Source: Myxococcota bacterium (GTDB taxonomy: Bacteria > Myxococcota_A > UBA796 > UBA2385). Taken from it: a DNA stretch of 64,000 nt. This document shows positions 1 to 9,791 of the stretch, in pieces. Position 1 is the first letter of the stretch; each line of letters starts with the position of its first letter. The notes below the pieces were generated by a model, which was not told the origin of the DNA, searched no databases, and was given only the letters and a program-made list of their open reading frames with translations. The stretch is taken from assembly GCA_044344255.1 (NCBI GenBank), contig JBIJDH010000025.1:1-64000 (forward strand), written 5' to 3'. A program made the translations under genes and the position numbers.

Positions 1-149
1 CGCCATCCTCGGCGGACCCACACCGCGCGCCCTGCCGTTCGTCAGCAGCGGTAGGGGGCGGCGCCGCCGTCCAGTCCCTCACGGGAAGGGTTTCTTCCCA
101 GGGATCAATTGGAGAGTCCTGACCCCACGTCGTCAATTGCCCTGTCGCC

Positions 150-1112
150 CTATCCGGGGTACCGACCGCCCACCGCCGCGCCCGGCGGGAAGACACGGTC
201 CAAGGTGGTGAGATCGTCCGCGCTGAGGTGCAGATTGGCCGCCGCCGTGTTCTCGGCGAGGCGCGCCAGGCTCCGGGTGCCCGGGATGGCGAAGACGTGC
301 GGGCCGCGGGAGAGGACCCAGGCCAGGGCGATCTGTCCGGGGCTGGCGCCGTGCGCCGCGGCCAGGGCCTCGATCTGGCGGACCCGCACGAGGTTCTGGT
401 CAAAGGCCCCCGACTGGAAGCGCGGCGCGATGCGGCGGAAGTCGTTGGCGGCCAGCGTGTCCGTGGTGGTGAGCTTCCCGGTCAAGAAGCCCCGACCGAG
501 CGGGGAGTAGGCGACCACGGCCACCCCGAGCTCGGCGCAGGTCTCGACCACCCCGGCCTCGGGGTCGCGGCTCCAGAGGGAGAGCTCGTTCTGGACGGCG
601 GTGATCGGGTGGACCGCGTGCCCGCGCCGGATGAGCTCGGGGGTGACCTCCGACAGGCCGAGCCAGCGGACCTTCCCGGCCTCGACGAGGCCGGCCATCG
701 CCCCGACCGTGTCCTCGAGCGGGACCGTCGGATCGACCCGGTGCTGGTAGTACAGATCAATGCGCTCGACCCCCAGCCGCCGGAGGCTCGCGTCGCAGGC
801 GGCGCGCACGTACTCCGGCTTGCCGGAGAGCCCAGCGAAGGACCCGCCGGGCCCGCGGACGACGCCGAACTTGGTGGCGATCACCGCCTGCTCCTGGCGA
901 TCTCGCACGGCCTGCCCGACGAGCTCCTCGTTGTGGCCGGAGCCGTACATGTCAGCGGTGTCGAGGAGCGTGACGCCGAGCTCGAGGGCCCGGTGGATCA
1001 CCGCGATGGAGTCAGCGTCGTTGGCCGGCCCGTAAAATTCACTCATGCCCATGCAGCCGAGGCCGATGGCGCCTACCGTCGGCCCCTGTGCGCCGAGCTG
1101 CCTGCTCTCCAT
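150..1112 (-). CDS. Aldo/keto reductase
   Basis: [44 protein letters not shown] and IPGT motifs. Start trimmed to MESRQLG (ATG 1112, GGAG upstream). Confidence 0.93.
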   Translation of the reverse strand: MESRQLGAQGPTVGAIGLGCMGMSEFYGPANDADSIAVIHRALELGVTLLDTADMYGSGHNEELVGQAVRDRQEQAVIATKFGVVRGPGGSFAGLSGKPEYVRAACDASLRRLGVERIDLYYQHRVDPTVPLEDTVGAMAGLVEAGKVRWLGLSEVTPELIRRGHAVHPITAVQNELSLWSRDPEAGVVETCAELGVAVVAYSPLGRGFLTGKLTTTDTLAANDFRRIAPRFQSGAFDQNLVRVRQIEALAAAHGASPGQIALAWVLSRGPHVFAIPGTRSLARLAENTAAANLHLSADDLTTLDRVFPPGAAVGGRYPG

Positions 1113-1155
1113 GACCTTCTCCATGACCACCCCCGATGCGCAGCGGTTATCCCGA

Positions 1156-1213
1156 TCGCCCTTCGGGGCCATGGTTTCGCCCTTCGGGGCCATGGCATCG
1201 CCCTTCGGGGCCA
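1156..1213. repeat. About three tandem 21-bp units, each containing GCCC-TTCG-GGGC
   Basis: TCGCCCTTCGGGGCCA starts at 1156, 1177 and 1198, in the divergent intergenic region. Confidence 0.85.
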
Positions 1214-1375
1214 ACGAGCCGCGCGGGTCGCGCCCCTGGGTGGGCCAGCTCGCAGACCCGGGTCGGGACCGGCGCGCTCGGTCGCGCGGGGGGCCTCGAA
1301 AGGGGTAGGATCGTGCGGGTCAGCCCTGCGGCCGCGCGGGGTGCCCTCCCTCCCTCTCTGCCTTCAGGTTCCCCG

Positions 1376-2641
1376 ATGGACCCACGCTCCGCCCGTGTCA
1401 TCGCCGATCTCCGTGAGCTCGCCGCGCTCACCTCTGACGCCCGGGGGGCCCAGCGGGTGGCCTGGGGCCCGGTCTGGCGCACCGCCCGCCAGTGGTTCGC
1501 CGAGAAGGCCGCGGCGGAGGCGGGCGCGACGGTGGAGGTGGACCCTGCGGGCAACCTGTGGGCCTCGCTGCCGGGGAGCTCGCCCCGGAGCTTGATCATC
1601 GGCAGCCACCTCGACTCCGTGCCGGGCGGCGGCTGGCTGGACGGCTGCCTCGGCGTGCTCGCGGGCCTGGAGGTGCTGCGGGGGATCAAGGCCGGGGCGA
1701 CCCCGCCGGTCGCCATCCGGGTGGTGGACTGGGCCGATGAGGAGGGGGCCCGCTTCGGGCGCAGCCTCGTGGGCTCGTCGGCGGCCGCGGGCAGCCTCGA
1801 TCCGGCCGCTGAGCTCGCCCACCTCGTGGACCGGGACGGGGTGCGGCTGCCCGACGCCCTCGCGGCCGACGGCGTCCACCTCGACCAGATGATGGGGGCG
1901 AAGGCCCGCCTGGAGAGCTATCAGCCGGTGGCCTCGCTCGAGCTGCACATCGAGCAGGGGCCGGTGCTCGAAGAGCTCGAGGAGCCCGTGGGCGTCGTGC
2001 TGGGGACGATGGGCGTCGAGCGCCACATGCTGCGCTTCACCGGCCAGGCCGCCCACTCCGGCGCCGCGCCGCTGCACCTGCGCAAGGACGCCTTCCTGGC
2101 CGCCGCCGAGTTCGCCCTCGCCTGCCGCGAGATCTCGGTGCGCCACTCGGGCTCCGAGCCGAAGACTCGGGTGGTCGCCACCTGCGGGGTCGTGAAGGTG
2201 GAGCCCAACTTCGTCACCGCCGTGCCGGGGGCGACCGAGATCTCGATCGACATGCGGGCGCTCGACGCCAGCGTCCTCGCCTCGATGTACGCCGAGGCCC
2301 AGGCTGCGGCCGCGGCGGCGGCCCGGAAGCACCTCGTCGAGGTGCAGTGGCGACGAATTTGGGACATCCCGCCCCGCCTCTTTGACCCCACCCTCCTCGG
2401 CTTCGTGCGGGAGTCGGTGCGCGAGGTCACCGGGCGCAGCCCCGAGCTGCCCTCGGGCCCCCTCCACGACTCGGCCGAGATGGTGCCGCTGATGCCCACC
2501 GCGATGGTCTTCGCGCAGAGCAGCCCCGGCGTCTCGCACACCCGCATCGAGGACACCCCGGAGCCGGCGCTGGACGCCTCGATCCAGGCCTTCTTGCGGA
2601 CGGTCGATAAGACGCTCGCGCACCTCGCTCGGTCGGGCTGA
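1376..2641 (+). CDS. M20 Zn-dependent amidohydrolase (allantoate amidohydrolase / N-carbamoyl-L-amino-acid hydrolase family)
   Basis: GSHLDSVP, GWLDGCLGV, DEEGARFG, ELHIEQGPVL, GQAAHSG and SGPLHDS motifs. ATG 1376. Confidence 0.9.
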   Translation: MDPRSARVIADLRELAALTSDARGAQRVAWGPVWRTARQWFAEKAAAEAGATVEVDPAGNLWASLPGSSPRSLIIGSHLDSVPGGGWLDGCLGVLAGLEVLRGIKAGATPPVAIRVVDWADEEGARFGRSLVGSSAAAGSLDPAAELAHLVDRDGVRLPDALAADGVHLDQMMGAKARLESYQPVASLELHIEQGPVLEELEEPVGVVLGTMGVERHMLRFTGQAAHSGAAPLHLRKDAFLAAAEFALACREISVRHSGSEPKTRVVATCGVVKVEPNFVTAVPGATEISIDMRALDASVLASMYAEAQAAAAAAARKHLVEVQWRRIWDIPPRLFDPTLLGFVRESVREVTGRSPELPSGPLHDSAEMVPLMPTAMVFAQSSPGVSHTRIEDTPEPALDASIQAFLRTVDKTLAHLARSG

Positions 2642-2660
2642 CCCTCGCTTTTGGGGGGCC

Positions 2661-3578
2661 CTATCGGACAGCCCCCGCAAATAGCGTACGGGCCCCCGCC
2701 ACGACCGCGCCGAGCGCGGGGTGGCGGATGCGCCGCTCGGCGCTGATGGCCCAGAAGCGCTCGACCACCTCCTCGGCCACCCCGATGGGCTCGACGCCGA
2801 ATTGCTCGGTCACCTCGCGGGCGACGATGGTGGGCGCGGCGAATACGCCGACCCCTCTGTGTCCGAAGGCCTTGAGGAGCGCGCTGTCCTGGATCTCCGC
2901 GACGATGTCGGGCACGATCCCCAGGCGGTCCATCCACTCGTCGAGCGAGCGGCGGAGCGCGATGGCCCTCCCCGGGAGCAGCATGTGGGCGCGGTCCAGG
3001 CTGCCGGGGAAGCCCGGCCGGAGCGCGGCGGCCAGCGATGGGGTGCCAAAGAAGGTGACGCTGCTCTCCCCCAGGGAGTGGCTGTAGGCGCGGATGCCCC
3101 CATCGGCCGCAAGCGGGGCATCGGTGAGCACGAGGTCCAGCCGGTGGGCGCCCAGCTCCGCCAACAACGAGGGGAGGTCGCCGTCGCGGAGATCGAGCCG
3201 GGCGCCGCCCTCGAGGGCGAGCACGGGCTCCAGCAGACGATAGATGACGAGCTTGGGCAAGGCGTCTGACACCCCAACGGAGAATCTGAGCGCGCGGCCG
3301 GCGGGTTTGCCGCGCACCGCGTGCAGAAGCTCCTGCCCCAGCCCGAAGATCTCATCGGCGTACTGATAGACCGTGCGCCCCATGGGGGTGAGCTCGAGGC
3401 GCTTGCCTCGTCGCTCGAAGAGAGGCTCTCCGAGCGACTCCTCGAGCTGCTTGATCTGACCGGAGAGCGTGGGCTGGGCGAGGCGCAGCTTCTTGGCCGC
3501 CGCCGACATGCTCCCGTCGCGGGCGGTGGCGTGGAAGTAGAGCAGGTGATGGTAGTTTAGCCAGGGCAGCGTTGACAT
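2661..3578 (-). CDS. nhaR: LysR-family activator, NhaR-like
   Basis: LNYHHLLYF N-terminal HTH typical of NhaR, plus QPTLSGQIKQLEE, DSALLKAFG and ERRIRHP. Confidence 0.85.
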   Translation of the reverse strand: MSTLPWLNYHHLLYFHATARDGSMSAAAKKLRLAQPTLSGQIKQLEESLGEPLFERRGKRLELTPMGRTVYQYADEIFGLGQELLHAVRGKPAGRALRFSVGVSDALPKLVIYRLLEPVLALEGGARLDLRDGDLPSLLAELGAHRLDLVLTDAPLAADGGIRAYSHSLGESSVTFFGTPSLAAALRPGFPGSLDRAHMLLPGRAIALRRSLDEWMDRLGIVPDIVAEIQDSALLKAFGHRGVGVFAAPTIVAREVTEQFGVEPIGVAEEVVERFWAISAERRIRHPALGAVVAGARTLFAGAVR

Positions 3579-3643
3579 CGGCTCAACCTATCCATGTGGG
3601 CCATCCATTGCCCGCCCTTCCCACCGCTCGCCCGAAGCGAGCC

Positions 3644-3982
3644 CTAGCGGCGTACCTCATTCCGCTCGAGACCGCGTCCGGGTCGCTCTCGGGAGAGCTG
3701 GCGAGCCACACAGCGGGCTGCGCGTGCGGTGACCTGCTGGATGGCGACGTGGGGATCGGCGTGAACGCCATCGACGTGGACCACACCGCCGCGGCGCAGG
3801 TGGACCTGCACCCGACAGCGCTGGTCGACCCCGCCGCGCGGCCCATTCTCATCCACCAGCCGGAGGCGGACCTCGGAGATCACCTCGGTGAACCGGGTCA
3901 TCGCGAATCGGAGGACCTGATCGGCGTGGGCGTACATCGTCTCGCTGTCGCTGACATGGGGTAGTTGAATCGTGAGGTTCAA
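3644..3982 (-). CDS. HPF/RaiA-like ribosome-associated protein
   Basis: VRLRLVDENGPRGGVDQRCRVQV pattern of the short HPF-like family. TTG start at 3982 with GAGGAG 6 nt upstream. Confidence 0.75.
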   Translation of the reverse strand: MNLTIQLPHVSDSETMYAHADQVLRFAMTRFTEVISEVRLRLVDENGPRGGVDQRCRVQVHLRRGGVVHVDGVHADPHVAIQQVTARAARCVARQLSRERPGRGLERNEVRR

Positions 3983-4174
3983 GGTGTACTCCTCGGTCGC
4001 CTTGCGGGGCGCTGTGCTGGATGACGAGCGTGTGAGGGAACCGCACGCCGGATCGGTGTTCCGGAGCTTGGCCGAGTGGGGTGGCGGAGGGCACCCCGCC
4101 TCTTTCGGCCCTCCCTCTCTCATGTGCCACCCCGGGGGCCCCCTGTCGAAGAGGAAGTTTGGAACGAAGACCCC

Positions 4175-4235
4175 GGGAAAAGCTATTATTGATAAAACCG
4201 ATTGATGATGCCGGTAATATCTGTTTTGATTCGAG
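4175..4235. promoter_or_regulatory. AT-rich divergent promoter with candidate LysR/NhaR operator
   Basis: Conspicuously AT-rich patch (ATTATTGATAAAACCGATTGAT...GGTAATATCTGTTTTGATTCGA) between the divergent HPF-nhaR and TerC genes. Confidence 0.5.
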
Positions 4236-4277
4236 ATGGGAGACCGGGTAGCTGAATGGGGCCTGGAGGTCATCGTG

Positions 4278-5306
4278 ATGGACGTCGCTCTCTTCCCGTT
4301 CGCAGAATACTGGTGGTTTTACGGGGTCTTCAGCCTGTTTGTGCTCGGGATGCTGGCCCTGGACCTCGGGGTCTTCCACCGAAAGGCCCACGCGGTCACC
4401 TTCAAGGAGTCCGCGGTGTGGACCGGCGTGTGGATCAGCCTCGCCCTCCTCTTCAACGTCGCGCTCTATGCGTATGCGGGCTCGACCTTCGCCTCCAACC
4501 CGCGGTTGCAGGCCATCCCCGGCTTCGACGCCGCGGCTGCGGCCGATCGTGTGGGGCTCGAGTTCCTGACAGGCTTCGTCATTGAGAAGGCCCTGGCGGT
4601 CGACAACATCTTCGTCTTTGCGGTGGTGTTCTCCTTCTTTGCCATCCCCGCCGCACTTCAACACCGTGTCCTGTTCTATGGGATCCTGGGTGCGCTCTTC
4701 TTTCGTGCAGGGTTCATCGCGTTGGGCGCAGTCCTCATGCAGTACCACTGGGTGGTGGTGTTGGCGGGTGTCTTCCTCATCCTGACCGGCCTGAAGCTGA
4801 TGTTCGGCCCCGAAAAGCCGATGCAGCCCGATCAGAACCCCGTTGTGCGGTTCGTGCGTCGTTTCCTGCCCATCACCTCAGACCATCACGGGGAGCGGTT
4901 CTTTATCCAGAGGGACGGGGTGCGATACGGTACTCCCCTGTTGTTGGCCCTCATCGTGGTCGAGCTCTCCGACATCATCTTCGCCATTGACTCCGTCCCC
5001 GCGATCTTCGCGATCACCAAAGAGCCCCTCATCGTCTTCACCTCGAACATCTTCGCCATCCTGGGCCTTCGATCTCTCTACTTCATGTTGGCGAGCGTCA
5101 TCGACCGCTTCCACCTGCTCAAGTACGGTCTCGCCCTGGTGCTGGTCTTTGTCGGTTTGAAGATGGCGTGGCTCAACAGCCTCTTTGGTGGGAAGTTCCC
5201 CATCACCCTGTCTCTCGGCATCATCGGCGGCATCCTCGTGGTGTCTGTGGCGGCCTCTCTCCTCCGCCCCCCGCCGACGAAGGCGAACTCCGACAGCGGT
5301 GGTTGA
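4278..5306 (+). CDS. TerC/Alx-family integral membrane protein
   Basis: EKALAVDNIFVF, QHRVLFYGILGALFFR, DIIFAIDSVPAIFAIT, FTSNIFAILGLRSLYF. GGAGGT precedes the ATG. Confidence 0.93.
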   Translation: MDVALFPFAEYWWFYGVFSLFVLGMLALDLGVFHRKAHAVTFKESAVWTGVWISLALLFNVALYAYAGSTFASNPRLQAIPGFDAAAAADRVGLEFLTGFVIEKALAVDNIFVFAVVFSFFAIPAALQHRVLFYGILGALFFRAGFIALGAVLMQYHWVVVLAGVFLILTGLKLMFGPEKPMQPDQNPVVRFVRRFLPITSDHHGERFFIQRDGVRYGTPLLLALIVVELSDIIFAIDSVPAIFAITKEPLIVFTSNIFAILGLRSLYFMLASVIDRFHLLKYGLALVLVFVGLKMAWLNSLFGGKFPITLSLGIIGGILVVSVAASLLRPPPTKANSDSGG

Positions 5307-5451
5307 CATGCGGAGCCGACGCGCCGCCTGAGCCTCCTCCCTCGAGGGCTCTGCGGTGCGCGGGCCCCGGCAACGCGCTGAAACGGCCCGAAATGGTGTC
5401 CGGGCCGGGGGTGGGTGACCTTGAGGGTGTCCAACCACCCCGAGGTCTCCC

Positions 5452-5919
5452 TTGTTCACATCTCTCGTGCTCGCCGCCGTCGCGCTCTTTGTCCACCCGG
5501 GTGTCGCGGGGGAGGCCCTCGGCCGTGATCAGCGGGGCGCGCTCCGCCACCTCGGGGACGCCCCGGCGCTCGTCTTCTTCTCGCAAGGCTGTGCGGGTTG
5601 CCTCGACTCGGTGGAGGTGCTCCAGGCCGCAGGGCTCGAGGTCTTGTTGATCAGCGAGGACACGGCGACCGGCCAGTCCGCTGTGGTCCCCTATCTCCGG
5701 GCGCGGGGGCTCCGGGCGCCGGTCGTCGCCGATCCGGACGGTGAGCTCCGGCGGCGCTTCGGCCTCCCGCCGGGCCCAGCGGCGCTGCTCGTCGCGGAGA
5801 GCGGCGCGGTGGTGCTCCGACAGGCGGCCCCCCTCGACGGCGAGGCCATGGCCTGCGCCGCAGCCGCGCTCCCTCCGCGCCTCGGCGCCACGGCCTCCTG
5901 CCTGATCGCGGTGAAGTGA
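5452..5919 (+). CDS. Thioredoxin-fold (TlpA/redoxin-like) protein
   Basis: Hydrophobic N-terminus, LVFFSQGCAGC CxxC, and the redoxin-like segment VVADPDGELRRRFG. Confidence 0.6.
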   Translation: MFTSLVLAAVALFVHPGVAGEALGRDQRGALRHLGDAPALVFFSQGCAGCLDSVEVLQAAGLEVLLISEDTATGQSAVVPYLRARGLRAPVVADPDGELRRRFGLPPGPAALLVAESGAVVLRQAAPLDGEAMACAAAALPPRLGATASCLIAVK

Positions 5920-6050
5920 CCGATGACGGTGCAACTCGCGGTCCGCGGGCTGCAACCGACCGAAATGCCCTGCAATGGCCCTGGCCGCCCCGCTGGACTA
6001 CAGCGGAGGAGTCCAAACAACCCGTCCCACCGATTCTCTGGAGGACCGCC

Positions 6051-8465
6051 ATGCGCTCTCTCTTTCTGGTTCACCTGATGTTGCTCGGGTGTGGGTCCAA
6101 GGGCACCGAGGCCCCGGGCTCTGCCCCCGCTGACGGCGGCTCCGACGGCGGCTCTGACGGCGGCTCTGACACCGGCGCCGACCCCGACCCCGAGCCCGGC
6201 GAGGCCAGCCTCTCCTGGCTCGCCGCCGGGGCGCCGGACATCGCCGCGCCGGAGATCTCCTGGCTCGACGCGGGCGCGCCGACCATCGCTCCGCCCTCCC
6301 GCGCCTGCCCAGCCGGCTGGGTGGAAGACCCGCTCGAGGACGGCGGACACGCCTGCGCGCCCTGGCCCGCCGGCGAGCGAGCCGCCTGCGCCGCGGGGGA
6401 GATGCACCGCCCCGGACAGGCGGGCTGCGCCCCCGTGGGCTCCGCCTGTTCCGAAGGTTGGCCCGAAGATGTCACCGACGAGGGCACCTGGTTTGTCGCG
6501 GCCGGTGGCTCGGGTGACGGCACCCGAGACGCCCCCTTCGGCTCGATCACTGACGCATTGGCCGCCGCCTCGGCCGGCGACACCATTCAGCTCGGCGCCG
6601 GCACCTTTGACGGCCACCTCTCGGTCACCGCCGACCTCACCCTGCGCGGGGTCTGTCCTTCGATGACGACGCTCACCTGGAGCGGCGCGGACGACGAAGA
6701 GGCGGGCGTGGTGGAGATTGAGGGCGCCTCGCTCGCGCTCGCCGACCTCTCGATCGGCAACAGCCAGACCAGCGGGATCGTCGCGACCGACGCCACCCTC
6801 TCGTTGAGCGGCGTCGTGATCCAGGGTGTGGTGACCGAGGGCATCCGCGCCAGCGGCACTACCCTCACCCTCGACGACGTGCTCATCGACGGCGTCGGGC
6901 CCCGCCCGAGCGACCTCGGCAGCGGCGATCCCATCTTCGCGACAGACGCCACCACGGTCGTCGCGAGTGGGCTCACGCTCTCCCGTTCGCATCGCGCGGG
7001 GCTCTGGGTCGAGGGTGGCGCCACGGTCGATCTCGCCGACCTCGTCGTCTTCGGGATGGAGCCGCAGGCCTCGGACAATGGCCGCGGCGTCGCGATGCGC
7101 ATCTCGGGGGCGTCCGGCGCCAACGTGGTGCGGAGGGCTGTCGTGGAAGGCGGCCACGACTACGCCTTCGCCGGGCTCGGCGGGGACCTGACCATCGAGG
7201 ACGCCTGGATCTCTGGGGTCGGCGGTGACCTGCTCGACGGCGCGGGCGCGGGGGCGGTCCTCTATCAGGGCGCGGGCACCTTCCGCGGGGCCGGCATCAC
7301 GGTCATCGACTCGACCCAGTTCGCGATTCGGGGCGTGGGTGTGGACGGGGCGGCGATCGGGCCCTTCACCGTGGAGGACCTCGTGGCGCGGGGCATCTAC
7401 CGAGACAGCGGCTCCACCTACGGCGGGGGCGGCGTGTGCGTGGTCGGCTCCCCCGATGCCCAGATCTCGCGCGTGCTGGCGGAGGACTCCGATGGGGACT
7501 CCATCATCATCGAGCAGGGCACGGTCGCCTCGGTGAGCGACGTCCGGCTCCGGCGCTCGGGGCTGCTCGGCGGCTTCGGGGCGGGGGTCAACCTCAACGC
7601 CTCCACGGTGACCCTGGCCCGCGCGGTGATCGAAGACGAGCCCTTCGCGGGGATCGTCGCCCTGGGGGGGAGCGTGGACGCCAGCGAGGTCTATATCTCC
7701 GCCGGGGGCCTGTCTGCGGACGTGCCGTTCGGCTACGGAGTGGCCGGGTGGGATGGAGCCGTCGTGTCGCTGCGGACCACGCTCATCGAGGACGTCTGGG
7801 CCCTGGGGCTGGACATGGAGGAGGACGTGACGCTGTCGGCGCAGGACCTCATCCTGAGGGGCGTTCGGCCGAGCACGGCTCTGCCCTACGGCCTCGGCGT
7901 GAACACGTATGGGAGCGTGACGGTCTCGCTCGAGCGGGTGGTCATCGATGGCGCGTACGGGACGGGTCTGACCGGCCTCGGCGGCTCCACCTTCTCGTTG
8001 ACCGACGTGCGTGTGTCCAACATCCAGTCGTTTGAGGCGACCGGGCAGTATGGCGTGGGGATGGACAACGCCGATGGGCTGACCTCGCTCACCCGAGTGG
8101 CCTTCGAGGATGTACAGGGCGCTGGGGTCTACCTCGTGGGCGGTGAGGCGACCCTCGAGGACGTGCTCGTGTCCGGCGTGTCGCCGCAGTCCTGCGTCAC
8201 GAGCCTCTGTCCGGACGACACCTCCGCGGCGGGCGTGTTCATCGGCGCAGGCGCCGAGGCCTCGCTCGACGGGGTCCTCATCGAGGACACAACCGTCGGG
8301 CTGCAGGTGGTCGGCGCGGCGACGCTCCGCGACGGCGTGCTCCGCACCAACACCTTCGGCATCGAAGACGTCCAGGGCGACCTCACCATCCAGAGCGTGA
8401 GCTTCGACAACAACGGCGAAGACCGCGCCACCGAGGCGCAGCCCGCGCCGAGCGTGGTGTGGTGA
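6051..8465 (+). CDS. Large lipoprotein with right-handed beta-helix repeats
   Basis: Lipobox LLGC, GSGDGTRDAPFGSITDAL..AGDTIQLGAGTF cap, repeating LxLxDVxI / GxGxxV strands. GGAGG RBS. Confidence 0.75.
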   Translation: MRSLFLVHLMLLGCGSKGTEAPGSAPADGGSDGGSDGGSDTGADPDPEPGEASLSWLAAGAPDIAAPEISWLDAGAPTIAPPSRACPAGWVEDPLEDGGHACAPWPAGERAACAAGEMHRPGQAGCAPVGSACSEGWPEDVTDEGTWFVAAGGSGDGTRDAPFGSITDALAAASAGDTIQLGAGTFDGHLSVTADLTLRGVCPSMTTLTWSGADDEEAGVVEIEGASLALADLSIGNSQTSGIVATDATLSLSGVVIQGVVTEGIRASGTTLTLDDVLIDGVGPRPSDLGSGDPIFATDATTVVASGLTLSRSHRAGLWVEGGATVDLADLVVFGMEPQASDNGRGVAMRISGASGANVVRRAVVEGGHDYAFAGLGGDLTIEDAWISGVGGDLLDGAGAGAVLYQGAGTFRGAGITVIDSTQFAIRGVGVDGAAIGPFTVEDLVARGIYRDSGSTYGGGGVCVVGSPDAQISRVLAEDSDGDSIIIEQGTVASVSDVRLRRSGLLGGFGAGVNLNASTVTLARAVIEDEPFAGIVALGGSVDASEVYISAGGLSADVPFGYGVAGWDGAVVSLRTTLIEDVWALGLDMEEDVTLSAQDLILRGVRPSTALPYGLGVNTYGSVTVSLERVVIDGAYGTGLTGLGGSTFSLTDVRVSNIQSFEATGQYGVGMDNADGLTSLTRVAFEDVQGAGVYLVGGEATLEDVLVSGVSPQSCVTSLCPDDTSAAGVFIGAGAEASLDGVLIEDTTVGLQVVGAATLRDGVLRTNTFGIEDVQGDLTIQSVSFDNNGEDRATEAQPAPSVVW

Positions 8466-9703
8466 TGCTCGCCCTCGTGTTGATCGCATGCAGCTTGATC
8501 GCGTGCAGCGCGGGCTCCAAGACCTCCGGGCCCGCGGACACGGCGCCCGCGGACACGGCGCCCGAAGACAGCCCCCCCGAAGACACGGGCTCCACCGACA
8601 CGGCGGCGCCCGAGTGGGCATCCTGCGACGGCGCCCCTGTTCGGACCACCTGCCCGGACGACGCCCTGGTCTTTCCGGTGTCGGACTCTCAAAACGTACA
8701 GAGCCTGGAGCTGAGCTGGCGCTGGTCGTCTGCCTGTTTCATGAGCGTCGCAGACCCCGTGTACCTGAGTGTCCCCGATGACGCCGCGTCGCTGACCGTC
8801 ACGGTGGACGCGGGGACAGAGAGCACGGAGATGGACCTCCTCCAGGACGGCGCGCTCCTGCCCGATCCCTTCGCGGTCGCCGGAAGCGTCGAGGTGTCCC
8901 CCGCCTTCACACGGAGCCTGCCCCTCACGCCGAGCTCGCCCGCCGTGGCCGGGTGTTGGGCGGTCTTTCCTCGCTCCAACAGCACCACCCCGGACACGCT
9001 CCCGGGGCGGCTCGACGCGTACGTTCGCCGGGGTGACGCCTCGACCGGCACGGTGCGCGTGGTGGGGATCATCGTAGACGAAGCGCCGATGACAGAGGAG
9101 GACGTCGCCGACGTGCTGGCGATCCCCGTGGCCACCTACGCGGTGGGGGGCCTCACGGTCGAGCTCGCGGCGACCGAGACCCTCTCCTTCCACCCCGGCG
9201 AGCGCCTCGGCACGGGGGACGATCGGCGCGCGCTGCTGTCTTCCTGGACAGACCCCAACGACACACAAGCGATCCCGATCTTCTTCATCAACGAGTACGA
9301 CACCAGCGGCACCATCGGCATCGCGGGGGGCATCCCTGGTGCGCCGCGCCCCGGCACCGCCTCCAGCGGCGTGACCGTCGCGGTGGCGCCGCTCTGGGAC
9401 CTCACGCTCGACGGGCCCGACCTCGAGGAGATGGGACAGGTGGTGACCCACGAGCTCGGGCACCAGCTCGGCCTCCGCCACACCTCCGAACGCGACGGCG
9501 CCACCCATGACCTCCTCGCCGACACGCCCGAGTGTACCGCCGACCACGACGACGACGGCGACGGATCCGCGGAGTCGGCGGAGTGTGAGGGGAGCGGCGC
9601 CGACCACGTGATGTTCTGGCAGAGCCGCGGCTACGATCAGACCGTCGTCACAGAGGACCAGCGGTGGATCGTCGCGCGCACCGGGGCGGTGCGGGAGGAC
9701 TGA
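8465..9703 (+). CDS. Zincin metalloprotease lipoprotein (M43/pappalysin-like)
   Basis: Lipobox LIAC, HELGHQLGLRH zinc motif, HVMFW Met-turn. TGATG overlap with the upstream gene. Confidence 0.8.
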   Translation: MLALVLIACSLIACSAGSKTSGPADTAPADTAPEDSPPEDTGSTDTAAPEWASCDGAPVRTTCPDDALVFPVSDSQNVQSLELSWRWSSACFMSVADPVYLSVPDDAASLTVTVDAGTESTEMDLLQDGALLPDPFAVAGSVEVSPAFTRSLPLTPSSPAVAGCWAVFPRSNSTTPDTLPGRLDAYVRRGDASTGTVRVVGIIVDEAPMTEEDVADVLAIPVATYAVGGLTVELAATETLSFHPGERLGTGDDRRALLSSWTDPNDTQAIPIFFINEYDTSGTIGIAGGIPGAPRPGTASSGVTVAVAPLWDLTLDGPDLEEMGQVVTHELGHQLGLRHTSERDGATHDLLADTPECTADHDDDGDGSAESAECEGSGADHVMFWQSRGYDQTVVTEDQRWIVARTGAVRED

Positions 9704-9791
9704 GCGCCGCAGGGCCCCCCAGTCGCTGACCTTCCCGCTCGCGCGTCCCGTAGACTGCACCGCCCGCCCCCCTCTCCCCACCGGAGCGACC

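Noticed and set aside
1156..1213. Mini CRISPR array
   Set aside because: Units are directly adjacent with no unique spacers, and no cas genes are present.
1113..1214. N-terminal MAPKG repeats as part of the aldo/keto reductase
   Set aside because: They come from the 21-bp intergenic repeat. Family similarity and an RBS point to ATG 1112.
5691..8621. Long antisense ORFs (also 11407-13905, 28746-31445, 46734-48686, 49222-52965 and others)
   Set aside because: Shadows of GC3-rich genes on the other strand, with no motifs.
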